The notes beneath the pieces were generated by a model. It was not told where the DNA came from, searched no databases, and saw only the letters and a list, made by a program, of their open reading frames with translations. 64,000 nt of DNA. Origin: an uncultured delta proteobacterium. Lineage in GTDB: Bacteria; Desulfobacterota; BSN033; UBA1163. Below are positions 20,335 to 29,809 of this stretch, piece after piece. A program made the translations under genes and the position numbers. How positions within the stretch are numbered: position 1 is the first letter of the stretch; the number at the start of each line of letters is the position of its first letter. Location: contig CAVPSJ010000014.1 in NCBI GenBank assembly GCA_963708295.1, forward strand, positions 1 through 64,000, read 5' to 3'.

Positions 20335-21630
20335 ATGGTTACCCCAAGAGTCAAGGCCTTTGATCTCTCAATACCGTGCATCGTTCTGGTTGCGGTTGCA
20401 GCCGGATTGATTTTCATAATGGCCGGGACGAGCCGGTTCAACAGTCACCCTGATGAACACCTTCATTTCAAGGCCGCCCAATACTACATGTCCTATTGGG
20501 ATCCGCCGGCGGTGGGTGATGCGAGGAGCAAGGATACATACAGCTACTTCGGAATTTCCTACTTGGATGAACCTGACATCGTTTACCTCTTTGCAGGGAA
20601 ATTTACCGAAGCTTTCAACTTCACAGGATTATCCCCGTTTCTTCTGACTCGAGCGTTCAACTTTGCCCTGTTTGTCGCCCTTTCCCTGTTGTTGCTGAAA
20701 ATATCCCTTGAAACCGGGGTGCCGTTTTACGGGATCCTGCTTTTGAGTCCTCAGATTTGGTATGTCTTCAGCTACTTTAATGCCGATGCCTTCGGTTTTT
20801 TTGTCGGCAGTTGTCTGGTACTGGAGCTATCGAAGTTTATAAAGGATCCAGAAAAAGCCATGCCGCGAATGGGAATCGGGTTCTGGCTCGGAATGCTCCT
20901 GCTGGCAAAGAGGAACTACTACGTACTCATTCCAGTCCTTGGAGGAGTCGCCGTATGGCATTGGATTTTCTTTTCTAAGGCTGGGCAGAGGCAGGTTCTA
21001 TTAAAAAGATGGTTAAAGGTTGTCCTGATTGCCGCGGTGATTGCGTTGCCGAAAATCGGTTATCAGCAATGGGTGAACGAATTCAACCTTGGTGGGAAGC
21101 GAGTTGCACAAATGGAGAAGACAGCGGCTCGCGGATTCAAGCCCTCTCAGGTGACTGCTTCATATTCTCCGTGGCATGTGAATATGCAAGTAAAAGGCCG
21201 GTCCCTCCTGGAACTCCTATCGGTCCATCAATGGCACTCCATATCCTTTGAGAGCATGGTTGGAGTCTATGGCTGGATGAATGTTTTTAGCCCGAACTGG
21301 TATTATGGGGCGATGTTTCTTCTTTACGCCCTCTTATTGACGCGAGCTTGTGTGCCATCGAGGCCTTTCAAGTGGGCTGAACTGGCTTTGATTATTATTG
21401 GGATACTCGGGATGGCCACCACAGCGGTCGCTTCGTTGCTTAACTCCTGGACGGTCGCTTTTCAGGCCCAAGGGAGGTACCTCTTCCCGGTGTTCTGTAT
21501 CTTTCTTATTCTCCTGGCTTACAAATGGGAAAGATTGCCCAAGAAGTTCTTCTACTCGGGTTATTTAATTACGGGCCTTCTTTCGCTTGGGAATTTCATA
21601 TTTGTTGGGTTGCGAAACATACCGAAATGA
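20335..21630 (+). CDS. GT-C-like membrane protein (DUF2142-like)
   Basis: HPDEHLH motif after TM1, SYFNADA, QAQGRYLFP. Confidence 0.6.
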   Translation: MVTPRVKAFDLSIPCIVLVAVAAGLIFIMAGTSRFNSHPDEHLHFKAAQYYMSYWDPPAVGDARSKDTYSYFGISYLDEPDIVYLFAGKFTEAFNFTGLSPFLLTRAFNFALFVALSLLLLKISLETGVPFYGILLLSPQIWYVFSYFNADAFGFFVGSCLVLELSKFIKDPEKAMPRMGIGFWLGMLLLAKRNYYVLIPVLGGVAVWHWIFFSKAGQRQVLLKRWLKVVLIAAVIALPKIGYQQWVNEFNLGGKRVAQMEKTAARGFKPSQVTASYSPWHVNMQVKGRSLLELLSVHQWHSISFESMVGVYGWMNVFSPNWYYGAMFLLYALLLTRACVPSRPFKWAELALIIIGILGMATTAVASLLNSWTVAFQAQGRYLFPVFCIFLILLAYKWERLPKKFFYSGYLITGLLSLGNFIFVGLRNIPK

Positions 21631-21758
21631 GGCATGAGTGCCGTTCCTCGAGATGTCATTCATCTCAATGTAGAAAAAATATCAACGTGTATTTGCTCAG
21701 GTGGAAAGAAAGACTTTAATGATTTGCACAATCAATCTCTATCTTTATAGATAGTAGT

Positions 21759-23513
21759 ATGACATCAATGCCCGACATGCTTCGCCGTAAATCCAACTAT
21801 CTAATCGTTGCGATTTTAACTATCCTGATTTTATCCATCTATTGGCAGGTAGGGAAATATTCGTTTATCGCATTCGACGACGATGTGTATGTTTACGAGA
21901 ATCCTCATGTCCGACGAGGCCTCACTCTGGAGGGAATTGGATGGAGCTTTACGACTTTCCATGGCTCGAACTGGCATCCCCTGACATGGATATCGCATAT
22001 GGCGGATGTTGAGCTGTTCGGTATGAATGCCGGGTGGCACCACTGGGTGAGCGTATTGTTCCACCTTTTGAACACGGTTCTTTTGTACTTTGTTATGTGG
22101 CAGATGACTGGAGGAATTTGGCGCAGTGCTTTTGTAGCAGCCCTTTTCGGGGTTCACCCGCTGCACGTGGAGTCAGTGGCATGGATAGCAGAACGTAAGG
22201 ATCTTTTAAGCACCCTCTTTTGGATACTGACGATGGGAGTGTATTTGAGGTACGCCCGTCGCCCGAGTTTGGGACGATACTTGCCTGTCGCGATACTTTT
22301 TGCCCTCGGGCTGATGTGCAAACCGATGGTGGTAACATTACCATTTGTACTTCTCCTGATGGACTGGTGGCCCTTGCGGCGAATGACTTCACAGGATTCC
22401 CAAAATTCTGGATCCCCACCTTATTCGTTGTCAACTGTCTTCGGGTTAGTATTGGAGAAGATTCCTCTACTTGGGCTTTCGGCCATTTCTTGTTTCGTGA
22501 CGTTTGTGGCGCAATCCTGGGAGGGGGCAGTTCAACCCCTCGACTACATTCCTTTGGGAATCAGAATTTCCAATGCTTTGGTGTCTTACGTGAGCTACCT
22601 CTGGAAAATGGTTTGGCCCTCTTCGCTTACGGTATTCTACCCTCATCCATCAGTTGCCCAATTCGGTTTACCTGCTCGAGAGATTGTAGGAGCGGCTTTA
22701 CTGATCGGGGCATTCTCCTTATTAGCAGTATGGCAGAGGCATCGCCGGCCTTTTCTTACGATGGGGTGGCTGTGGTATTTGGGAACGCTTATTCCAGTGA
22801 TCGGAATTGTGCAGGTGGGTAATCAAGGGATGGCCGACCGATATACCTATATGACACTGGTCGGCATCTTTATTGCCGTGGCCTGGGCCGTCCCTTCCCT
22901 GGTTTTGAGCGGACGATTCCGCCAACTCCTGGTTGGGATATTGGGAGGCATGGTGATCATGGGACTTTCCGCGCTTGCCTGGCAACAAACAGCCTACTGG
23001 CGTGACAATGTCACGCTATTCTCAAGATCATTGGCAGTCACCAAGAATAACTGGTTGGCGTGGAATAACCTTGGATTCGCCTATGACAAACTCAACCATA
23101 CTCAACGGGCCATTACGTGTTACCGCGAGGCGATACGAATCAAGCCGGATTACGCTGATCCGTGGAACAACATCGGCGCCATCTACATTAAATCGGGTCA
23201 GACCGAACAGGCAATGGTTTATTTTAGGGAGGCCTTGAAGGCCAACCCATACCATACCAAAGCATTGAATAACCTTGCTGCGGCTTATTATGAGCTCGGT
23301 CAGCCGGAACAGGCAATTACGTATTACTGGAAAGCTTTGCAGACCAAACCGGATTACGCGGAGGGGTGGTATAACCTCGGATTAGCCTATATTCAATATG
23401 GACAGCTCGACCAGGCCGTTTCTTGTTTTCGGGAAGCGCTGCGGATTAAGCCAGATTTTAAAGAGGCGCTACTAAAGCTTTACGTGACGCAAAATCCTGG
23501 AAAACCTCATTAG
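21759..23513 (+). CDS. TMTC-like protein O-glycosyltransferase with C-terminal TPRs
   Basis: FDDDVYV, NWHPLTWISH, HPLHVESVAWIAERKD, ADRYTY, four TPRs. Confidence 0.85.
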   Translation: MTSMPDMLRRKSNYLIVAILTILILSIYWQVGKYSFIAFDDDVYVYENPHVRRGLTLEGIGWSFTTFHGSNWHPLTWISHMADVELFGMNAGWHHWVSVLFHLLNTVLLYFVMWQMTGGIWRSAFVAALFGVHPLHVESVAWIAERKDLLSTLFWILTMGVYLRYARRPSLGRYLPVAILFALGLMCKPMVVTLPFVLLLMDWWPLRRMTSQDSQNSGSPPYSLSTVFGLVLEKIPLLGLSAISCFVTFVAQSWEGAVQPLDYIPLGIRISNALVSYVSYLWKMVWPSSLTVFYPHPSVAQFGLPAREIVGAALLIGAFSLLAVWQRHRRPFLTMGWLWYLGTLIPVIGIVQVGNQGMADRYTYMTLVGIFIAVAWAVPSLVLSGRFRQLLVGILGGMVIMGLSALAWQQTAYWRDNVTLFSRSLAVTKNNWLAWNNLGFAYDKLNHTQRAITCYREAIRIKPDYADPWNNIGAIYIKSGQTEQAMVYFREALKANPYHTKALNNLAAAYYELGQPEQAITYYWKALQTKPDYAEGWYNLGLAYIQYGQLDQAVSCFREALRIKPDFKEALLKLYVTQNPGKPH

Positions 23514-23565
23514 GATAACCTTCAAAGATCGAAAATGATTTTGGAGGCCTTCGAAAGCACGAAAG

Positions 23566-25230
23566 ATGTTTGAATTCGTCAAGGAGATTTCTCCTTCTAA
23601 GCCATTTGCACCCCGCTCCAAGGGTATGCGAGCGAATTTTTCAAAGCCCTGGCCGTGGGTCGGTGTTGCCATCATCATCTTATTTGTCGCAGTGATTCGC
23701 ATACGGTTGCTGCAAACCCCCTTGGAACGCGATGAGGGAGAATTTGCGTATATGGGGCAACTGATGCTCCAGGGAATTCCCCCGTACCTTTTGGCTTATA
23801 ATATGAAACTCCCGGGAATTTATGCCGCATACGCCCTGGTAATGGCGATTTTTGGACAAACGATCGCCGGTATCCATATCGGCCTAATGGTTGCCAATGC
23901 GATTGCCATACTCCTTTTATTTCTCCTCACCCGTCGCCTTTTCGACGACGTTGGCGGTGTTGTCGCCGCCGCATGCTATGCCCTAACCTCCTTAAGCCCG
24001 TCTGTTCTGGGGACTTCGGCCCATGCGACGCAATTCATTGTGCCTCTTGCTCTGGGTGGAACCTTTTTCCTGGTTCAGGCGCTTGATTCCGGAAAATATT
24101 TGACACTCTTTGTGAGCGGATTGCTGTTCGGTTTAGCATTGATGATGAAGCAGCATGCGGTCCTCTTTATCGGTTTTGGGGTGATCTATCTACTATGGAG
24201 CATCTCTAGGAAGCAACCGTTTGATTTGAAGAAGCTCGTAAAAGGAATCAGTTTGTTTATACTCGCTTCGGCGACTCCTTTCATCGTTAGCTGTCTAATC
24301 CTCTATGAAGTCGGCGTCTTCCCAAGATTTTGGTTCTGGACCTTCACTTACGCGAGCCAATATGTTTCAGAGGTTACTTTATCGATCGGGATTCGACATT
24401 TCCTGATCTCTGCACACTGGGCGATCAGCCCATGGCTCTGGGCGACCTCTGGAGCGGGTCTGACGGCCATTTTCTGGAATGAAAAGACTCGGGCAAATTG
24501 GTTTTTTCTAATCGGATTTTCTCTGTTTTCATTCCTGTCGGTCTGTCCAGGATTCTTTTTTCGAAATCACTATTTTGTGACTCTACTTCCGGCAGTAGCG
24601 TTGCTGGCCGGCGTCGCCGCGAGTGCCGCGAGACAATTTCTACTTGATAAAAAGATGCCCCTCGCGATACAAATACTTCCGCTGCTGGTCGTAGCAGGGG
24701 CTATCATTGGTCCCATGTCCATATGGACCCGTTTTTTCTTTACGGCAACTCCGGCAGAAGCATGTCGCATGATGTATGGCGAGAACCCTTTCCCTGAATC
24801 TATAGAAATCGGAGAGTATATAAAGAACCATTCAACGGAAGATGACAAAATCGCGGTCATTGGCTCCGAACCTCAGATCTATTTTTATGCCAATAGAAAA
24901 TCCGCGACAGGGTATATCTACATTTACGGCCTGATGGAGCCTCAGGATTACGCTTCCAGAATGCAGCGCGAGATGATCCACGAGATTGAGAAAGCCCGTC
25001 CCAAGTATATCGTGTTCGTCAATGTCCCTTATTCTTGGCTTGTAAGACAGAATTCCGACATGACTCTTCTTAAATGGGCACAGAGGTACCTTGATTTGGA
25101 TTATCGTATTGTAGGGCTTGCAGATATTAACCCGAATGGGATCTCGAAGGTTTACTGGAATGATGAGTCCATGAAAAATGGGCCCAGATCGCAATTCAAT
25201 GTATATGTGCTGGAGAGAAGAGCAGGATAA
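23566..25230 (+). CDS. ArnT/PMT-family (GT-C) glycosyltransferase
   Basis: LERDEGEFAY, NMKLPG, MKQHA, HYFVTLLP; start may be 23626. Confidence 0.8.
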   Translation: MFEFVKEISPSKPFAPRSKGMRANFSKPWPWVGVAIIILFVAVIRIRLLQTPLERDEGEFAYMGQLMLQGIPPYLLAYNMKLPGIYAAYALVMAIFGQTIAGIHIGLMVANAIAILLLFLLTRRLFDDVGGVVAAACYALTSLSPSVLGTSAHATQFIVPLALGGTFFLVQALDSGKYLTLFVSGLLFGLALMMKQHAVLFIGFGVIYLLWSISRKQPFDLKKLVKGISLFILASATPFIVSCLILYEVGVFPRFWFWTFTYASQYVSEVTLSIGIRHFLISAHWAISPWLWATSGAGLTAIFWNEKTRANWFFLIGFSLFSFLSVCPGFFFRNHYFVTLLPAVALLAGVAASAARQFLLDKKMPLAIQILPLLVVAGAIIGPMSIWTRFFFTATPAEACRMMYGENPFPESIEIGEYIKNHSTEDDKIAVIGSEPQIYFYANRKSATGYIYIYGLMEPQDYASRMQREMIHEIEKARPKYIVFVNVPYSWLVRQNSDMTLLKWAQRYLDLDYRIVGLADINPNGISKVYWNDESMKNGPRSQFNVYVLERRAG

Positions 25231-25249
25231 TAATTAACCGGAACTCCTG

Positions 25250-25990
25250 TCATCTTTTGAAAATTGCTGACGAAAGAATTCCCCACTTCTGAAGGCGGAA
25301 CTGCAGCGAAGTCTTTAGCACACCCAAACCGTACATGAGGCTGCGCCGGAGAGTGATGGATGACGCCTCCGGGAAGTACTTCGTCGGGCAACTGACTTCG
25401 CCAATTCGATAGCCGAACCAGATGATTTGAGCAAGCATTTGATTGTCAAAGAGGAAGTCATTGGAGTTGTGCTCCAGTGGCAACCGCTCTAAGACCTCCC
25501 GGGAGAACGCCCGGTAACCGGTGTGATATTCTGAGAGCTTGTGATTCAATAGCAGGTTTTCGAAGAGCGTGAGAAAGCGGTTAGAAATGTACTTGTAGAG
25601 AGGCATCCCGCCCTGTAATGCGCCAATGCCCAAAATCCGGGAGCCGAGAACTGCATCAAATTCACCGTAGGCGATCATCGAAGCCATTGCCGGAATTAGC
25701 TTCGGGGTGTACTGATAATCGGGATGCACCATGATGACGATATCCGCCCCGATTGCCAGCGCCGTCCGGTAGCACGTCTTCTGATTGGCCCCGTACCCAA
25801 GATTTGTCTCGTGAATGACAGTTCTGATGCCTATTGCACGGGCGAGTTCTGTTGTCCGGTCGCGACTTGCGTCGTCAACCAGAATCACATCGTCAACAAA
25901 CTCGAACGGAATCTCCTTGTAGGTCTTCTCCAGTGTCTTTTCCGCGTTGTAGGCAGGCATGACGACAACGATCTTTTTGCCGTTTAACAT
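25250..25990 (-). CDS. GT2 polyprenyl-phosphate glycosyltransferase (Dpm1-like)
   Basis: [42 protein letters not shown]. Confidence 0.9.
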   Translation of the reverse strand: MLNGKKIVVVMPAYNAEKTLEKTYKEIPFEFVDDVILVDDASRDRTTELARAIGIRTVIHETNLGYGANQKTCYRTALAIGADIVIMVHPDYQYTPKLIPAMASMIAYGEFDAVLGSRILGIGALQGGMPLYKYISNRFLTLFENLLLNHKLSEYHTGYRAFSREVLERLPLEHNSNDFLFDNQMLAQIIWFGYRIGEVSCPTKYFPEASSITLRRSLMYGLGVLKTSLQFRLQKWGILSSAIFKR

Positions 25991-25999
25991 GGGTTCTCC

Positions 26000-27697
26000 T
26001 CATTCTTCTGATGAGCGGGGCGACTGTCTGGATTTCAGTCTCATCGCTGTTTCCAGGGCTTTTCGGGCTTCCGCCAAATCCGGGTCGAGGTGAAGGGCCT
26101 TGGTAAAATGGCGAATGCCCTCATCGAGATTGCCCTGCTTTGCAAAGGCAACACCCAGGTTGTAACGGGCAACAGCAAATTTCGGATTAATTGTAACAGC
26201 CCTGGTAAGATAGAAGATACTTTCATCGAGATTTCCTTGCTCCCCGTATGCCAACCCGAGGTAGTAGCAGAGGTCATCCGTATTCGGCCGCAGGGAGAAA
26301 GCGTCGTAGTAATGCAAAATCGCCTCCTCGATGTTGCCTCTTTGAAAAAACGCCAGCCCCAGGTTCATATGTGCAATATAGTTGTTCTTGACCGCCTGAA
26401 TCGCGTGTGTAAACAAGGTAACGTCATTCTTCCAATATCTGAGCTGTATCCAGGTTCCTATTGAGGACGCAGCAAGGACGAGGAGTGCCATGGCAGTGAC
26501 AATCGATCGCCGATAGGGCAACCGGTCTGCCAAAGCCGGGATTCCCCACGATATGATGATGAAAAGCCCAATCAGAGGTATGTAAGTATACCGGTCAGCT
26601 ATGACCTGTCGGCCAACCTGCACAAACCCGATGACCGGCACGAGGGTTCCGAGATACCAGAGCCACCCGATAACCAGAAAAGGATTCAACCGTGCGCGAT
26701 AGAAAACCGCGAGAGTTATTCCGAGCAAAATGAGACCGGAAATCGCTGCCTGCACCAACATCAAGGTTGTGGGGAGTGGATAGATGACGGCAAGATTATG
26801 CGGCCATAACATATTTTCAATGTACTTAATGTAGCTAACCAGCGCATTGATAAGACGGAATGTAAGAGGCACTGCATGTGCTCCGGCAACAGATCCTCCG
26901 TGAGCCTGCGCATAATAGGTGACCACGCTTGATAATAGGGAGAAGCAGAAGAAGGGAAGTTTTTCAAAAATCAAATGCGGTAGAGTTGAAGTTGAGGCCT
27001 CGTCGGGCATGCTGCATGCACCGTCTCTCTTGAGCAACGTTCCTAACCGTAACCTGCCAAGTGGCCAGAAGTCCCATAAGAGCATTACAAATGGAAGCGT
27101 TACCAGCATCGGTTTGGACATTAGGCCAAAGACGTACAAGAGTAAGCTGAGTATGTAGAGCAGCGGACGTGAATTTTTGGCGTACCTGGTGTAGAGAATC
27201 AATGTCGCGAGCATGAAGAATGTGCTGAGCACGTCCTTCCGTTCGGCAATCCACGCTACTGACTCAACATGTAAAGGGTGCAGGGCAAATAAGGCCGCGA
27301 CGAACAAGCTTTGCCAGTATTTCCGGGTTGCAGAAAATAACAGATACCAGAGCAAAAGGGTGTTTGCGATATGAAAAAGGACATTAGTCAGATGATGGCC
27401 TTTTGGGTTCAATCCATAAATTTGACAATCCAGCATATGTGATAACCATGTTAAGGGGTGCCAATTCGAGGCTTCGATTGTTGTCAAGGCCCAAAGCATG
27501 TTTCCATAAGTCAGTCCAGTATTGACATGGAGATTTTCTCTGACGTATGCATTATCGTCATAAACGATAAATTCGTGGCCTGTTGACTGCCAGAAGACAG
27601 CAAAGGTCACCACAAGAAGAAGGACGACCAGCACGGCTTTCTGATGGGCAGAATGGGTTTTAATCCTGTTATTAATTTCTAAATGAGATTCCGCCAT
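26000..27697 (-). CDS. TMTC-like protein O-glycosyltransferase with TPRs
   Basis: YDDNAYV, NWHPLTWLSH, HPLHVESVAWIAERKD, ADRYTYIP, TPRs. Confidence 0.85.
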   Translation of the reverse strand: MAESHLEINNRIKTHSAHQKAVLVVLLLVVTFAVFWQSTGHEFIVYDDNAYVRENLHVNTGLTYGNMLWALTTIEASNWHPLTWLSHMLDCQIYGLNPKGHHLTNVLFHIANTLLLWYLLFSATRKYWQSLFVAALFALHPLHVESVAWIAERKDVLSTFFMLATLILYTRYAKNSRPLLYILSLLLYVFGLMSKPMLVTLPFVMLLWDFWPLGRLRLGTLLKRDGACSMPDEASTSTLPHLIFEKLPFFCFSLLSSVVTYYAQAHGGSVAGAHAVPLTFRLINALVSYIKYIENMLWPHNLAVIYPLPTTLMLVQAAISGLILLGITLAVFYRARLNPFLVIGWLWYLGTLVPVIGFVQVGRQVIADRYTYIPLIGLFIIISWGIPALADRLPYRRSIVTAMALLVLAASSIGTWIQLRYWKNDVTLFTHAIQAVKNNYIAHMNLGLAFFQRGNIEEAILHYYDAFSLRPNTDDLCYYLGLAYGEQGNLDESIFYLTRAVTINPKFAVARYNLGVAFAKQGNLDEGIRHFTKALHLDPDLAEARKALETAMRLKSRQSPRSSEE

Positions 27698-27721
27698 ATT
27701 GTATAGGTAATGATTGCTTCC

Positions 27722-29365
27722 TTAAGGCTTCCTTTCTATGATTTCCAGATTATGTAACGCTTCCTTATTGCCGGGATCGATCATGCTCGCTCGAATAAAT
27801 GCCCGCTTCGCCTCAAGGATATTCCCCGTACTGTAATATGCAATCCCAAGGTTATTATAAAGCTTTGCATTTTTGTCATTCAAACTTAGAGAAAATAGGT
27901 ACTCGCTGATGGCTTCGTTGTATCTCTGAAGTTCTAAGTAAGAGTTGCCAAGCATGTAGCGAACTTCAAAATCGTTTGGTTTAACTTTTCTCAGGTATTG
28001 ATAATGAAGGAACTTCGCGATTTTGCGCTCCGATGTCGCTTTCTCAACATCCATCAAGGAACCATAGGCCTGCCCGAGTCTCTTATGAGCCGGCGCATTA
28101 TTGTCCGTCACTTCGATCGCGTGCTGGAATAAAACAATATCATTTTTCCAATATTGTTCTTGCTTCAACGTGACTAATGACAGAATAGACAATATTAAGA
28201 CAGAGAAACCAACGGTCAACCAGTTCTTTATATGGAGTTTGTTGCGCAGCTCATCAGCGCCCCAGACAAGCGTGACGAATAAACCAATCAGCGGGAGATA
28301 GGTATAACGATCGGCGTAGGCGTGATCGCCGATTCTGACAAAACCGATGACAGGAATGAGGGTTCCGAGATACCATAACCATCCCATCAAAAAATAGGGG
28401 CGTTTTTTCGTTTGCCGGAGGGCAAAGTATGACACAGTCAATATAAAAACTCCTGCTGCGATGACATTCACATAATTAATTTGGTCGGGATTAAAAGGAT
28501 AGATTGCAGCGAGAGGATGGGGCCAGAACATCTTGGCGATGTACCTTACGTAGGATATAAGACCATTACCCATATTAAGGATTAGAGGGGTATCGATATT
28601 GAGCGCTCCTGATTTTTTCTGGACAAAATAAGTGATAGTACTCGACCCGATGGCCAAAATGAATAATGGGAGTTTTTCTAAAACAAGAGAAGTCAAAGGT
28701 TTGGCGTCGGGTCTTCCCGTGGGAACATCAGAACATGATGCATTAAAATTCCACCTTTGCAGCGGCCAATAGTCCAAGAGTAATAGGAGAAATGGCAAGG
28801 TTACAAACATCTGCTTGGCCATGAGACTCAAAACAAAAAATAACAAAAGAAGAAGATACCTGGAATTCTTTGAATTTTTTGAAAAATCCACGTAGGCCAA
28901 TATAGCCAGGAAGCCGAACAAAGTACTGAGCACATCTTTCCGTTCAGAAATCCATGCCACAGATTCGACATGCAAGGGGTGGAAAGCAAAAAGGGCCGCA
29001 ACCAATAAACTCCTCCAGAAGGCTCCGGTCAATTTTCTGAATATTCCGAAAAGGAGCAAAGAATTCGCTATGTGGAATAAAATGTTAACAAGATGATGTC
29101 CCGTTGGGCCTAATCCAAAAATTTGCACATCGAGCATGTGAGAGACCCATGTTAAAGGATGCCAGTTATAGGAATGGACGGCCGTAAAGGCCCAAGTGAC
29201 CCCCTCCCAGGTGAGACCTGCCATCACCGGGGGATTTCCGGTTACATAGGCATGGTCGTCGAGATTTATAATGAACCCGTTGAAAAGAGCCGGCGCGTAA
29301 ATGGCGAAGACAACAATCGAAAAGAGCAACAAAATACTTACGTTGCGGTGGTTGGTCTCTGTCAA
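27722..29365 (-). CDS. TMTC-like protein O-glycosyltransferase with TPRs
   Basis: LDDHAYV, NWHPLTWVSH, HPLHVESVAWISERKD, ADRYTYLP, TPRs. Confidence 0.85.
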   Translation of the reverse strand: MTETNHRNVSILLLFSIVVFAIYAPALFNGFIINLDDHAYVTGNPPVMAGLTWEGVTWAFTAVHSYNWHPLTWVSHMLDVQIFGLGPTGHHLVNILFHIANSLLLFGIFRKLTGAFWRSLLVAALFAFHPLHVESVAWISERKDVLSTLFGFLAILAYVDFSKNSKNSRYLLLLLFFVLSLMAKQMFVTLPFLLLLLDYWPLQRWNFNASCSDVPTGRPDAKPLTSLVLEKLPLFILAIGSSTITYFVQKKSGALNIDTPLILNMGNGLISYVRYIAKMFWPHPLAAIYPFNPDQINYVNVIAAGVFILTVSYFALRQTKKRPYFLMGWLWYLGTLIPVIGFVRIGDHAYADRYTYLPLIGLFVTLVWGADELRNKLHIKNWLTVGFSVLILSILSLVTLKQEQYWKNDIVLFQHAIEVTDNNAPAHKRLGQAYGSLMDVEKATSERKIAKFLHYQYLRKVKPNDFEVRYMLGNSYLELQRYNEAISEYLFSLSLNDKNAKLYNNLGIAYYSTGNILEAKRAFIRASMIDPGNKEALHNLEIIERKP

Positions 29366-29507
29366 GGATTACCCTTCTTATTTTAGTTAGATTTCTTAGG
29401 TCAGCATGTAATCTATATTAAAATTTTAACTTGTGGCACCGCCGTCCCGCAAGGTCGGGTAGTCGGGTAGCACCCGTTTGGAGAGCTTGGCCTATCCAGA
29501 CGTATAC

Positions 29508-29752
29508 TTATTAATCAGGCCATAATTGAATTGACATCCGATTAACCCCACCCCCACCCTTCCCCTCCCCCTGAGAGGGAAGGAAATTGTTATATTCATC
29601 CCCTGAAGCGGACGGAAATCCTTATGTTCCTCCCCCTTCCCCCGGTCCCGCCCTATTAATAGACCGGGGCGGGGAAGGGGGAGGTCAGGAAGGGGATGGG
29701 GATTCGCCGCAGCAATATAACTACGTCGTCTCAATTATGGCCTCATTAGTAA
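29508..29752. mobile_element. MITE-like element with 22-bp terminal inverted repeats
   Basis: Left TTATTAATCAGGCCATAATTGA, right TCAATTATGGCCTCATTAGTAA (20/22 match); internal C-rich/G-rich hairpins; no ORF. Confidence 0.7.
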
Positions 29753-29809
29753 TTTGTTGGTCTGCCTGTAACGGATGAGAAACTGCTGAGCTGTGACTTG
29801 TCAATCGTA